64,000 nucleotides of DNA, taken from the NCBI GenBank assembly GCA_032718475.1, contig JAUCBJ010007860.1, positions 70,901 through 134,900 of the forward strand, in the 5' to 3' direction. Numbering within the stretch: position 1 is the stretch's first letter; each line of letters opens with the position of its first letter. This DNA is from Nemertoderma westbladi (taxonomy: Eukaryota; Animalia; Xenacoelomorpha). Below the pieces are notes generated by a model. It had not been told where the DNA came from. It ran no database searches and saw only the letters and a list, made by a program, of their open reading frames with translations. A program made the translations under genes and the position numbers. Positions 12,701-26,032 of the stretch are shown here, piece after piece.

Positions 12701-15700
12701 GCACATTGGGGCGACCAGCCGAGCTTAGCTCCACATCCAATATGACATCCATAGTGGAAACCTTACCAGTATGGATGCGCAGCCTATGGCGCAAGAAGGC
12801 ATATGTCCTACGCGAGGAAAAGGACAGGGAACCAGATTTTGCAGACCTGTCCACCTTCCTTACCTTCCAGGCAGAGATTATGATAGACCCCATATATGGG
12901 GAAGATAACTTCAACATTCCTAAAACTGGAGGAAAATCTAAAGAACTTCCCGCAACCACAAATAGAGACAAAATGAATAGCCCTGCTTATCCGCTGCCAC
13001 GCAAAAATGCCACAGGTGTTTTTCATCTGGCAGAAAATGAAAGGTCCAGTAGGGATCCCGTGTCAAGATCGAAGTCACCCTCGGTGCCAGCAAAAAGGCA
13101 CCAACCACCAGTGGCACCTCCGGAGGGCACTTCTCGAAATTCGACATATAAACAATCGGAGCGGTTTACTCCATTTACACCTTACTGGGACATAGGAACC
13201 TTAGGTTACAGCGACGAGGTGGACTGCCAGATCCATTTCAGAAACAAAGGTCACCCTACTAGAACTTGCAGGGTGTGGCAAGCACAAAGCCAACAGGACA
13301 AGTGGAATTACCACAAGCATCATGGTACATGCAAGCATTGTGTGACCACAGGCCACTTTTCAACGAACTGTCCCTATGCGCCTGCAAAGTCTGGGAAATC
13401 TGCTGAATCCGGGGCTACAGGCGTGATAAACACTTTATCTCTCCAGGATCGATATTATGGAGAGACAACGTATCTTAAGATACTTCCTGTTAGAGTGACA
13501 GGATCGAGGAAACGGTCACTGACAACCCTAGCACTAGTCGATAACAGTGCTGGAATCGACATCCAAGGTGAAGTCGTTCGGAAACAGTTGCATATTGCAA
13601 CACAGCCAGAGACCATGCATATAAGCACTATTGCATTAAAGAACCAGGAGATAAACATGCCGGTTGGGGAATGTACAGTTAGTTCTATTATGCCAGGGCC
13701 TGAGTTCTCAATTAAGTGCCCAGCAGTACGTGTGATAGACGAGGTAAACGTTCCCGCCGAAAGAGCAACAACGGAGGAGATAGCCCAGTACTCATACCTG
13801 GACGGCATCGACTTCTCTCTTCCGCCATTGGATCTTCCATATGTCACCATGGCGCTGGGGATGTGCTGTCTCCCGGTACATGCAGAGCTGGAGATAGTTC
13901 AGGGTCCGGGTAGAAATCAGCCCCAGGCTGTACGAACACCCCTGGGTTGGGTATTACTTGGCAAGGTGGCTAAGGTACCGTCTATATCAAACCCGACACG
14001 GGCTGTTACTGCTAACCACATCATTAAATCAGTAAAACCGGGCCCAGCTAGACCAATCACATCCCATGAACTCACTTATACCCCAACTGACACAGCTGGG
14101 ATCTCAAGTGGCACTACGGTGGCACAAGACCTAGCAACCCTCTTCAACCTGGATAGCGAAGGGTTGTATGAACCGACGCTTGGCCAATCCCAGGAGGACG
14201 TTAGAGCAACCAAGGCACTAACAAATTCAACCATCTTTCGAGATGGCCACTACACAGCAAGAATGCTGTGGAAAGACCCGAATGGGCAGTTACCTAACAA
14301 TGAATCCATGGCAGTAGAGCGCCTACGCAAATTCAAGGTAACGCTCAACCGAGATGAGCGAAAGAAACAGTTTGTTCATCGAACCATTCAGAAGTATCTA
14401 GATCGAGGGTGGGCAGTCCAGCTAGCGAACCAGGAACCCAATACCACTCGAACCTATTACTTACCCCTTCATGTCGCCGTAGATGTGAAGAAGAACAATA
14501 AACTCCGGTTGGTTAACGACGCTGCAGCCAAATACCATGGGAAGTCGCTGAACGACTATCTCCATGAGGGGCCCAACATTTATAATACAGGAGCAGATGT
14601 GCTCATGAGGTTCAGAGAGGGAACCAAGGCCTTCACATGCGATGTGGAGGCCATGTTCCACCAAGTTCGGGTCTATCAGGAGGACAGCGATAGCCTCCGA
14701 TTCCTCTGGCACGACAGCGATAACCCGAACGAGGTGCCAAAGAAATTCAAGATGTTGGTCCACATCTTTGGCGCCAAGTGTTCGCCGTTCATCGCCACCG
14801 ATAAACTACGGCAAACCACCTTTGACAAGAATGTTCTCATCGAATTCTCACAAGAGGTAATCCGCATGATTAGGGAGAACTTCTATGTAGACGATGGTCT
14901 GCAATCAGCCAACTCGACTGAACAAATCCTCAGCCTAGCGAAGGAAGCGGTAGAGATTCTACGGCGGGGAGGATTCTGGCTGAGGCAGTTCAAGTCGAAT
15001 TGTCACGAATTTGACGCCGAGATGGCCCCAGAGGATAAATCCACAGGCCTTCTCAAACAAAGTGAGAACATGGCTCCTATAAGCCTACAACCTCTAGCGG
15101 AGGGTAGGAGCCAGCCAGACGCAGCCTCAGGGGAAGTCAACCGGATATTGACCGAGGCTTCGGCAGAGCCTGAGGCCAGAGTGCTTGGGATTTCATGGGA
15201 TAGGATCAACGATAATCTCGTGTATATCTTCAACGAGACAGCTATGACAAAGCATACATTACGGAATTACCTATCATACATCGCGAGGATGTATGACCCC
15301 ATAGGGTTAGCATCACCTAACCTGGTGGTGGGAAGGCATATCCTTCGCGAAGCATATCTGGGGAAGTTCAGATGGGATGAGGAACTCCCAGAACAGCTCA
15401 AAATCAAGTGGATAGCTTGGCTCGAAGTTCTCAAGGACACTAGAAGGATAAGTATACCGCGACCGTACTTCTCGGATGGGAATATGTCCGAAGTGGTCCT
15501 GCATGCCTTCTCAGACGCATCGACTAAGGGATATGGGGCCGTGATATACGTGGTTCAAGGAGGAGAGAACAACCTGCAACCACGTCTGATCTTCAGTAAG
15601 GCCAGAACTGCTCCACTAAAACTAGTGACAATCCCGCGATTAGAGCTGATGGCTGCACTTCTGGCCACACGCGCAGCTCAACAAGTACGAAAAGCTCTTA

Positions 15701-17538
15701 AGAATGAGCGAGAAGTAGAGTATTGGACGGATTCCACTGTTGTGCTTCGCTACATTCAAAATGAATCACGAAGATTCAAAGTTTTCGTTGCTCATAGAGT
15801 GGACGAGATACGTGCCACGACCAACCTTAATAAGTGGCACTTCTGCCCGACAGACCAGAACCCAGCCGACCTAGTGTCCCGGGGAACCCTCAAAGTCCCA
15901 TCTAAGGAGTTGGAGACGCTCTGGCAGCATGGACCCTCTTTTCTCCGTGATGAGGGGAAGTGGCCAGAATTCCCGGACAAAGGTCAATCTCCCAAGTTAG
16001 ACCCAGAAGATCCAGAGGTCAAGATGGAGACCGTGTGCTTCGCTACTACTAGTACACTGATGACACCAACAGATAAACTCTTGAGTCATAGCTCTTCATG
16101 GTATAAGACTGTGAAGCTGGCAGCCTACTTCAGGGCCTGGTTCGTCTATATCAGACAAGGGCGTACTGGAGACAAGCCCATTATAGACTGGAAGGGAGCC
16201 AAGGTGGCTGTCATTAAGTATGTCCAGCGACTGGCATACACACAGGAGATAGGACGGTTAGCATCTGGGAAACCCATTCCGATGGATAGCCTAATCAAAT
16301 CGTTGTCACCAACACTAAACCAGGAAGGAGTCCTGGTCATGGACTCACGAGTACGACGGGCAGGATGTCAGATAATTCCAAGCAAGCCCGTAATACTACC
16401 GCGGCAGAGCCCAGTGACGCAGCAGATCATCAACGATAGTCACCAGCGGGTGATGCATGGGGGTACGGACGCAACTCTCGCTTACGTGAGACGCACGTAC
16501 TGGATTCCAGCGGTGCGCCGATCAATCAAACAGACTATAAACTCTTGTTCTACCTGCCGTTTAGTGCGGAAAGAACGAGTAACCCAAGTGATGGCGCCGC
16601 TTCCACCCGAACGAACAATAGAGTATGAACCACCAGTTGCCTATACAGGAACTGATATGTTCGGGCCGATAGTGGTAAAGGTTTATCGACAGCAGCGGAA
16701 ATCGTACGGCATCATTTTCGTTTGCTACAAAACCCGAGCCATCGCCTTGGAACTTGCAGTCGACGCCTTGGCCAGCGCTTTCATCAACGCCCTTCGACGC
16801 TTCATCAATCGATGTGGAAAGATCAAGCGCATGGCTTCCGATAATGGGGGAAATTTCATTGGTGCAGAGGCGGAGCTCAAAGAAGCCAGGTGTACCTTCA
16901 ATGCCAAGGAAGTGGCTCTCGCAATGCGCCGCGAAGGTGTGGACTGGGTACACACTACGCCCTATGCACCACACACCGCCGGAGTTTGGGAACGTCTCAT
17001 TGGAAGTTTCAAACGCCTGATGCTGGCACTACTCAGAGGGCACATCGTCACGGAGGACGTGCTCCGCACTGTCTTTGCAGAGGGCGAACAAATTATGAAC
17101 AGTAGACCACTCTGCGCGCTCAATGACGATCCAATGTCACTCGAGGTTCTCACTCCCAACCATCTACTGTTGCGACGACCAGCTCAGATGATGCGACGGG
17201 GGGAGTGGGACCCTAATGAACTCTATTCACGCAAGTCCTGGCGGGTGGTACAAGCGCTCGCGGACGAGTATCAACGTCGGTGGGTACAAGAATACATACC
17301 CACTCTCCACAAGCGACGAAAGTGGAGGACGGAGCAGAGGGACCTCAAACCGGGCGACCTCATACTGGTTACCGATGATACCCTACTCAAGAAAGACTGG
17401 TGCATGGCCAGGATCGTGCGCTGCTACCCAGGCGCAGACGGCTGAGTGCGTTCCGTCGAGGTCAGCCTAGGCAGCGGAGCTAAGCGCACCTACAAGCGAC
17501 CAATAGGCAACTGCTGCCTATTGGAATGCGCGCCCTAA
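9762..17538 (+). pseudogene. BEL/Pao gag-PR-RT-RNaseH-IN polyprotein, disrupted by a +1 shift in a G15 run (12129-12143) and an in-frame TGA at 17443
   Basis: Knuckle CKHCVTTGHFSTNC, protease LVDNSA, RT FYVDD, RNase H HAFSDAS/TIPRLEL/NPADLVSRG, integrase HHCC and SDNGGNF; frame continues past the TGA as VRSVEV..KRPIGNCCLLE. Confidence 0.92.
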
Positions 17539-17642
17539 TTAAAGACGGGGCAAGCCGTCTGGGGGGAGGATGGGTGGCAAAAACCAAAATCCTCTCAACT
17601 TCGCATCGACAGCAGATATCGACAACTGGTGCGAAGGATGAT

Positions 17643-18066
17643 ATCCACCAGTGGATTATCATAAACTCAATGTCTACTCCGTAGACTTTAACAAACTCTC
17701 CTTTATGTCTATTCAATAGACTTAATAAACTCAACTTTATGTCCTCTCTATGGACAGCTTAATGTGCCTATTTAAAGGACAACATAGGTCTACTCCGTAG
17801 ATTGTGTACTTAGGTCCACTCCATGGACAGCTTTAGCTTTAGATCTATTCCATAGATCGCTTACTTACATCCACTCCGTGGATAGCTTTAGGTCTATTCT
17901 GTAGACCACTTACTTATGTCCACTTAATGGACAACCTTATGTCTACTCCGTAGACGATGTAGCTAGGTCTGCTTTATAGGCTGCTAGTACTATAATGTCC
18001 ACTCCGGGACAGCTCAACTATGTCTATTCCATAGACAGCTAATGTTACTAGGATTACTCCGTAGTC
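17643..18066 (+). repeat. Array of ~15 short stem-loops (consensus GTCTAC-TCC-GTAGAC) in the 3' region of element 1
   Basis: Repeated 15-17 nt hairpins with compensatory changes and variable linkers. Confidence 0.85.
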
Positions 18067-19763
18067 TTCAGTAACTAAAAACTGACTGGGTCTCTAGGAC
18101 GCGTGGTAAACCCTGTAAAGGGCAAACCCACCACTGGAGGCACGGCTGTCAGTGTGCACTTGAATATTCCACCGCAGGGATATGCCTATCCGATTGTGCC
18201 GCAATCGGTGAGCGAGGCTACCCCTAAAAGCTATGTTTGTAGAGGGCTCCGCGCTCTACGGCATAGCGCCACCCTAATTAACAATGTCAGTTGTTAATTA
18301 GCCCTAACTCTTCTATTTCTAATTAATTATGTACCTAGCACTATGTATAATTATAGCAAACTACTATAGTGTAATATAGGTCTGTGCCTCTTACTTATAG
18401 GCACATTACGCGCAACGTATGTAGGCTATTACTAGGATAGCATTCTTCTTAGGCTAAGTGAAACCTATATTAGCACCACCAACCACCATTATTATTCATT
18501 GTGACAAGGAATTGGATTAATATTGCGCCACGCTATTTAGCATCTGAGTCTCATCAAGACACTGCCTTGTCACATACAAACCATAGCTAGCACAATCTGA
18601 GTTATCGCGAGTTAAGCCTTGTTGGCTTAGATTATAGCTATGGTTCCCAATGCCAATCAACTAAAGGATATGACACGCGGGTTCTACTTTCTACGCGTAT
18701 CTGGTTGAAGATTATCCCACCGCAATGTCCAAAATGTATGTTATAAAGTGTGAAACCGTGTTTACGTGACAACTTATGTAATTACCGTTCTAGAACGTGA
18801 AGGGTCGGCTATCAGTGTTATATAGCTTAGAGCGCTCGACCTAAAGAGAAAGATATGCCCTATTAAATTCAAAATTGGTGCATAGTTAAATTTAGTCATA
18901 CCATCCACCAATAGTTTATTGTAAATTAATAAAGTGCTCCATGTTCTTAAAATTTTCTTACTTTATTAAACCTAATACGGTAGGGGCGAATTTGATGGAC
19001 ATGAGACCACTGACAACCCATTTTAACAACGGGATCATTCTAAGGCGGCAAACCACCATGTTGGCTCCGTCAACATGGGTCATAGTTAGCGACTTAGCAG
19101 TTCCGCTGCTTGGCGCTAATACTGGGGATGTACATACAGTGAAGTATGTACATTTCTCTGTGTGGGCTAAAAAGCGCATTTAGTTCTCACAGGCAGTCTG
19201 GGGTACATGAATTCACGCCTGTTCATGTACCAAGGAGCGACGATCCGTCGTTTAGCTCTCAGACACGCTAGTGCTTGCCAAAGAGCGGTAAGTTGCTTGA
19301 TGTGTCTCCTCTGGCGAAGATCAAGAGACACTGACTCAGCAAGGTAAGGTCATAGGTATCGGCTCCGTCGTAGTACCTGTTCTTGCCTGCTCCACAGCTG
19401 GCAAAAATGGTTAGTGTAACCTAGGGTGTACTGCTCCGCAGTTACACCCGCGCGCCCAGCTGCAGTTTCGTTACCTGGCAATCGAGGTAAAGTTAGCGCC
19501 TCTAGCACCACAGGTAAGGAAACAAGAATGTAATCGCCTAGTCCCCGACGAAGCGAGAACATGTACCCATCTGCCCCTTGGGACTACAGTAGGGATTCTC
19601 CCAAAGTCTAGTCAGTGTTAACCAAGGGTAAGTACTATCAGCAGTATGTCCAAGGGAGGGAATAGTCCATTCAACTGCAAATGTCAACCAGCAGGCTAAG
19701 TCTTTTGGGTATAAGGAAATTTGCGAGGTTGTTCCGCAACCTCTCAAATTCCTTAGGGGGGAG

Positions 19764-20304
19764 TGTGACCGTAGCCCAGCCATCCCGGCCATAAGAACCA
19801 TTATATGGGTAGGGGCTTCAATTTCCAATATTCCCTCATCTCTCTTTCCCCATTTAACTACCCACAATACCAATAGTTCTACCATTTCGGCCGCTTCACC
19901 TATTACAGCATTGCCACCGGCCCTTACAGTAGGTGTAGCGTAGCCATGGTATTACTGTGTCATGATTGGGTGCTATTTATAGGTGTATATCATACCGCGC
20001 TCTGTGAGTGGCTGTTGTCTCCCATTCGCTAACGGTTCTACCGCCAAAACCTATAAGGCAGGGCGTTTCTCAACCTCTGCATTATTCCTTCTGCAGTGTA
20101 CCTGACAGCGTGCCATTGCTTCTACCGGAGTTTCTGCCTTTTCAGACATTCAACATCAGTCATTCACAGACCGGCCCATAAAACTCACTTATGCATAACA
20201 ACATCATTCTAAGATCTATTCAACTTTATTATCATGGGTTCGGGAAGGGCGGGAGCTACGCGTTATTAGCGGCTCACAGGTTCATCAGCCAGCAGTGGGG
20301 AATA
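19764..20304 (+). repeat. 3' LTR of element 1
   Basis: Direct repeat of 8907-9447, preceded by the PPT. Confidence 0.95.
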
Positions 20305-22856
20305 AATTCTATATAGAATCATTTTGTTGCATTTTATTGCAGCTACCACAAGCAGACTGATCCCCACGCTAGTTTGTTGGTTCAACGAGGTCTCTCTTCT
20401 TGTGGAGAGGTTTTAGTTAACTATAACTTTTCCCTTTCTGCAAAAAAGCACTCCCAACCCCCACTATGGATTACAATTGTAATGCGGAGGTCCGGCCACT
20501 ACAGGCCAGTGGAATTACTGGACACAAATCGGCCTCACAGGCGTCAGTTATTTCCTGACCGTCTCACCCCCGGCTGGTGGAGAGGGATTCTGGAGTTGGA
20601 GGCTACTCTCATGTTCCACCCCGACCAACCAAACCTTTATTGAAACTGTGGCAAGTTACTAGAATAGCCACAGTTAATACTCTAACACTCGGGTCCCTAA
20701 TGCGACAAGGCGAGCTGACTGCCCTGGCAGATAAGGTGTCCCTTAGCGCAGTGTGTATTCAATAGCACCGAAAACGGTCTGGACCGACTGATTAGATTCT
20801 GATTAAGGACATGAGGGGCGGTTGGCGACTCGCCCTCGCATCAGAAGATGAAAGTGAAAATGGTGGAATTGGTCTATTGATGAATCCAACTGCACATGCA
20901 GCATTGGACAAAGTAGACAAAATTTCCAACCGCACCATCCGCCGCCATTTCTTATGTTCTGGAAAACTTGTTAAGAAGTTTCCTAAGGTGGTTCTGATCG
21001 TGTGCTACTCTGCAACTAGTGTTGCCCCTGTAGAGGAGGTGGAAAATTTCTACCAGAATCTACAAGCAGCTACTGATGGAATGGATCAGCATTCATTCTT
21101 AACTTTCCTGGGCGACTTTAATGCAAGTCTACATCAATCATCCACATCGCCCTGGGTCTATACCGATAGTGAAAACCGAAATTCCGTCCATAGTCAGGAT
21201 TTCATCTCTGGAAATGGACTGCTTTCTGCTGGAACTCAGTTCAAGAAGCCTACTGGAAAGCTTTGGACTCACACTGGACCCAGTGTCCACAAGTCCCAGA
21301 TAGACCACATTCTGTTTCGTAGGAAATACAGGAGCTCTGTACAAGACTGTAGTGCATTTACACTTCGACCCTACTCCAGTGATCACCGCCTTATTGTGAT
21401 CAAGGAAAGATGTGGTCTCCGCGCTAGCATAATTACGAAATCTGACATCCCACGGCATGACTGGTCCTCTCTGTTCCAACAGCCCAGAATGAGATCCAGC
21501 TTCACACTAACGCTGAGCAACAGCTACGAGGTTCTCACCTCTGAGGCAACAGATCACTGCGAGTGCTATACTGCCTTCACAGAAGCAGTTAAGTTAGCAG
21601 TTGCAGAAACAGTTTCTGTATACCCTCGAAACAGGAAAAAAGGCCTCCTGGACTGACCACAGAATTCGAAAGTGCCGAAATGACCTCTCTAAGGCGCAGA
21701 ATGTCTCCCGCTAGCTCCGGCACACGAGGACAGACAAGGATGCAGTTAAGATTGCATGTAGGACCCTTAATAGACACAGACAGTACTCTGATAATCTGAA
21801 AGAGCTTATTACAAAGTAGGTTGATGCCATTAACAATACTCATAATAACAGGCAATCAGCCCAGGCATGGCAATCAATAAACCTGCTCACTGGGAGGAAA
21901 ATTCAACCAACCACCAAGGTTAACTGCTGAATCTCCAGCTGAAAGCCTCAAACAACCTAACAACTCATGGATTTTTTCCTGGAATCTCGTTAATCTCGAT
22001 TGCTGCAACGCTATACAACATAATTCTATAATCATATTCCATAATTATTCATTAATTCCATAATTAAATCGCATCAGGGATCCTGTTGAGAGACTGCTAC
22101 GTGGAAATCAGAATGGGTTCCGATAAGGTCGTGGGACCATGGAGCCCATTTTGGCACTTAGAATGATAATTGAAGAGTTATCAATAAAGAAGGACAGACA
22201 ACGGGCTATTATCTTTGTTGACTTCTTTAAAGCCTTCGACTCTGTCTCCTGACCACGGATGTTGAGCATACTGGCAGCATATGGGTTCCTGAGGAAATTA
22301 TTGTAGCTATCCGATCACTGTATGATGGATCCACCACGTTTGTATCTACTCCTGATGGTGATACAGATCCATTCTAATGGGGAGTCCTTCAGAGTGACAC
22401 ACTTGCATCATTCTCATTCGTAATTGTGGTTGATTATGTTAGTACGCATGTCCTTAGACCATGTTAATAATGATGGGGTGATTGTAACATCCCCTACTGG
22501 TACAAAAAGTAGAGGAAATCCAGCAAAGTACCTTACTGATCTAGACTTTGCTGATGACTTAGGGGTACAGTCAGAATCACTAGCGGGAGCCCAAAGGCTT
22601 ATCTGCTCATTGGAGCAGGATGCTTCTAGTGTTGCTCTTTTTGTAAACTCCAAGAAGACCAAACTCATGACAGTGAACATAGACAGCCCTCAAGAAATGT
22701 CTTCACCTTGCTTGAGCACGTGGACAACTACTGCTACTTGGGATCATGGATCCGAATGTCAGGTGAAGACCTTCGGATAAGCAAGGGGAAGGCATGGGCA
22801 GGGTTAAATAATCTGTCCAGGATTTGGAAGTCCAATCGAATAATACGGAACCTTAA

Positions 22857-24280
22857 CCCTATTAGTACCGGGCTATAAAATGTTGTACAAATACCGGGGG
22901 AAGGTCATATTGACCCCCCCCCCCCCCCCGAACAGGTCCGAACAGATCCGACCGAACAAAAATAACTTCGAAAAAATGTACTGGGGTGGTTATATTGCAG
23001 CACCAAAATTACAAGTAGTGCACAATTTTCACAAAATTTGAAAGTTACATTTTTCGGCTAATTGTTTTTCAATATAGGTTTTCTGGGGCGCAAAATACAT
23101 TGGATAATATTTAAAAATGATATGATTACTATAAATGGCTGTCCAGTCCTCTCTGCGTAGGAAAAAAATGAAAAAAACATGTAACCAGCACTTTTCAGTT
23201 AGAACACGAAATTTTTAATTCACTTATGCGATGCTATAAATTCCCATTTTCAGGTTTTCTAGCGCGCTGATTCTAATGGAATACATTTCTAATATGCCAG
23301 ATCATTGCTACTTGTATTTTTCGGCATAATTTGGCAAATATTTTGTGCTAGCACCAAATTTCGTACCCATCAACAAAAAGTACAAGTTTGCGATGTCCAC
23401 TGCTGTTTTTATTGATTCCATCGGATTCAGGACCCTCATAAACCCGTATAACGCAAGAAACAAGATAATACTATCTACTGATCAATTTGCTTATCTGACA
23501 AACCCGTATAACGCAAGAAACAAGGTGACACAATCAATTGATATATTTGATGATTTTCAAAAGTTGGTGCTAGCACCACATTTTGCACCCACTTCCGAAA
23601 AATACAAGTTTGAGATGTCTAGTTCGATAATTATATATTCCATTGAATTCAGAACAGCCATAAACCTCTAAAACGCAAGAAATAAATTGTCACAAGCAAT
23701 TTTATCTATTGAATGGATTTTCAAAATTTCGTGCTAGCACCAAAATTTGCACACAGCACCGAAAAATACAAGTTTTATACGCTTGGTGCAACTCGTATAT
23801 ATTTCATCGAAACCAGAACCCCAAAATACCCCAATTGCGTAAAAAACAAGTTTGTAACAATCAATTTACAAAATTGACATATTTCAAAATTTGGTGCTGG
23901 CACCAAAATTTGGCACCCGCCGAAAAAAAACAAGTTTGAAATTTCTAAATCAATTTAAATGAATTCCATCCAATTGCTATCACCAAAAAACCGGTGTAAA
24001 TCAAAAATAGAGATGTTACAATTCATATTTATTTAATGAAATGTAATTTTCAAAAAACGTCTAAAAAAAGTGCCAAAAGTAGGGTTAAAAAATGTAGCTA
24101 TAACTCGAAAACTATCCAATATTTTTGAAAACGGTTTTCACTACTAGGAAGACAATAGATTTTAAGGAAAAGTCATAAATTTTCATATTCCCAACTGCGT
24201 TTGTTTCAGAATTATAATAAAAAAACCACGGGGGGGGGCGTCATATTGACCCCCCCCCCCCCCCCCCGGATTTAATAGGG
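22857..24280. mobile_element. Non-autonomous piggyBac-type DNA transposon (MITE)
   Basis: TTAA|CCCTATTAGTACCGGG ... CCCGGATTTAATAGGG|TTAA; GTCATATTGAC flanked by G/C runs near both ends; removing it restores LINE frame NLKVRLF; internal degenerate GTGCTAGCACCA repeats. Confidence 0.85.
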
Positions 24281-24299
24281 TTAAGGTTCGATTATTTAT

Positions 24300-24600
24300 T
24301 AAATAAATGAATTGTAGTTGAGCTGTTAATGCAACTTTAATGAATGATATTGTAATAAGTTGTTCAGAAATTGAAAAAAATGAGAGAGTCAGCGGGGGTT
24401 GAACCAGCGCTATACGTACGTTTCGGCCTATAAGGCCTCTTCAGTAGTGCTAATAGTTTCAGCCACTCTCCCCTGACATTCACCTTTCTATTTATTCCAC
24501 TTATACTGAACAGGCAATCTTTAGTTGCATATCCTATCTCTAACAGCCCCCAGTTACTCGCTTTCTCATTTTTTCCATTTCTGAACAACTTATTACAATA
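24300..24600 (-). mobile_element. ~300-bp retroposed insertion (Penelope pLTR/retrozyme-like) with 12-bp TSD and internal inverted arms
   Basis: TCGATTATTTAT (24288-99) and TCGATTAATTAT (24601-12); absent from the homologous LINE at ~30135; arms 24347-24386 and 24563-24602. Confidence 0.75.
24406..24451 (-). ncRNA. Minimal type I hammerhead ribozyme
   Basis: Minus strand: AGCACUA-CUGAAGA-GGCC uuaua GGCC-GAAA-CGUACG-UA^UAGCGCU; all core nucleotides present, GUA cleavage triplet. Confidence 0.85.
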
Positions 24601-25094
24601 TCGATTAATTATGGCAGTAGTATTACCGGTACACTTATATATGGGAGTCCCTGTTGGGTTCTAATTGCAGAGGATACCAAATCTCTGGATGGCACTTTCA
24701 TAAGAATGCTGCGCCGGGTTTATTGTGTCAACTACAATGAACACATCTCCATTGACATTGAAGGTGTTCAATTAGTCTTCTCCCCTAGCTTGACACTTGA
24801 ATGGAACCGCCTCCGTTTGCAGGACATTGCTTTCGCCGTGAGGACCAGCCAGTGCATAATCTTGTACTTTGGCAGCCTCATGGAGTGAATAAGCATGGTG
24901 GACAGCCCATGACTTTCTTGAGACGCATCTTAAAGGACACTGGCCTTGAAGATGCGGATGATCTAGCAAATGTCATGGGTGATCGGGAGTTGTGGCGGCG
25001 CAATTTTGTCGACAAGCCGGCACAGCATTCTTATATATGTAATACATACATAATGCAGCTGCAATGCAGCATGCCGATCGTAGTAGTAGTAGTC

Positions 25095-26030
25095 ATCTAA
25101 CCCACTCGAATTTTTATTGGACACGTTTTTAATGCTTCTCTGGAGTTCGGGAGGTGTAAGTAAATGACAAGTGGTCTTGGCATATATATTTTTCTTGTAG
25201 GACTGGGCTCAATGTTTGGTGGTTGCCCATGCCATGCACAATGCACATGTCCATGCAAGAAGTGATGTTTTAATTTCAGGTATGCAGGGATTAACATACC
25301 TTTTATTCAGCAGGGATTATTCAGGTCTATCAGCTTGTTTGCGCCCTTTCGCATAACTTTTTAATCCAAATATCTCATTTACTGTTTGCCATGTAAGTCT
25401 TGACTGTTGATTTGTTTGAGCAGTTGCAATTGATTCAATTTTGTCGTGTATGTTCTTCGTCCGGCTGCTTTTGAAAACGACTTTGACATTTTTTTTAGCT
25501 TTCCTAACCATGTTTAAGTTTTCGGTGTACAAAGGGTCATAATTGTCACATATTTGTGATTGGCTGATTACAAGTAGTCTTTTTCAATATTCCGGAAGAA
25601 AGTATAGATGGATTGGTCTTTATTCATTGACTGGAGTACGTTAAAGAGGTTTTTAACTTCTTCTGTATTTGCATTATAAAATATCAGCTTCATATGCCGC
25701 GAATTATCAGAACTAAGTTTTTCCCAGTCATAGTTGATTCGCTTGCTTGTCCTGGGTTTGCTGGCTCTCAAACCTCATTAGGCCTCTGCACTCATGATTC
25801 TGTGGTCTGAACTGAACCAATTAGGTTTAACGGCCTGTATGCCTCACATTTTTTGTTCATAAGGATGTAATCCAGCTGTGCTTTGATTCCATTAGGGTAT
25901 TCATTATGGTTCCATTTAGGTCCACATGTGGTGTTTGTTGGTATCCATACACACACATCCTTCCGTTAAGTCTAAGAGTAAGCGTCCATTTCTGTTCACA
26001 TTTTGAGATTCGTTGTTGAACTGCCGGAAC
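25095..26030 (-). mobile_element. Degenerate LINE fragment (endonuclease end/linker), probably the 5' part of the element at 8260-8906
   Basis: Frameshifted remnants SDHRIM, SRLTWQTVNEIFG and KNSSGLD on the minus strand. Confidence 0.6.
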
Positions 26031-26032
26031 CA

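Larger units (their letters stand above)
8907..20304 (+). mobile_element. Full-length BEL/Pao LTR retrotransposon 1 (11.4 kb), TSD AATTC
   Basis: 541-bp LTRs; AATTC at 8902-8906 and 20305-20309; PPT AGGGGGGAG at 19755-19763; BEL-type pol. Confidence 0.96.
20375..25093 (+). mobile_element. Degenerate RTE-like LINE (APE endonuclease + RT), interrupted by two insertions
   Basis: APE motifs GDFNA, SQIDHIL and SDH in 20811-21656; RT motif LDFADD near 22540; 3' tail (TAG)n at 25081-25093; homologous to 28810-30617. 5' boundary approximate. Confidence 0.85.

Noticed and set aside
9902-17470. Many short overlapping or antisense ORFs inside gag-pol (also 41072-48006 and 61053-63327)
   Set aside because: Shadow frames of the polyproteins; no independent motifs
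17643-18066. Hairpin array read as a CRISPR array or rho-independent terminators
   Set aside because: Linkers are only about 7-20 nt, units are degenerate, there are no U-tracts, and the context is a eukaryotic LTR element
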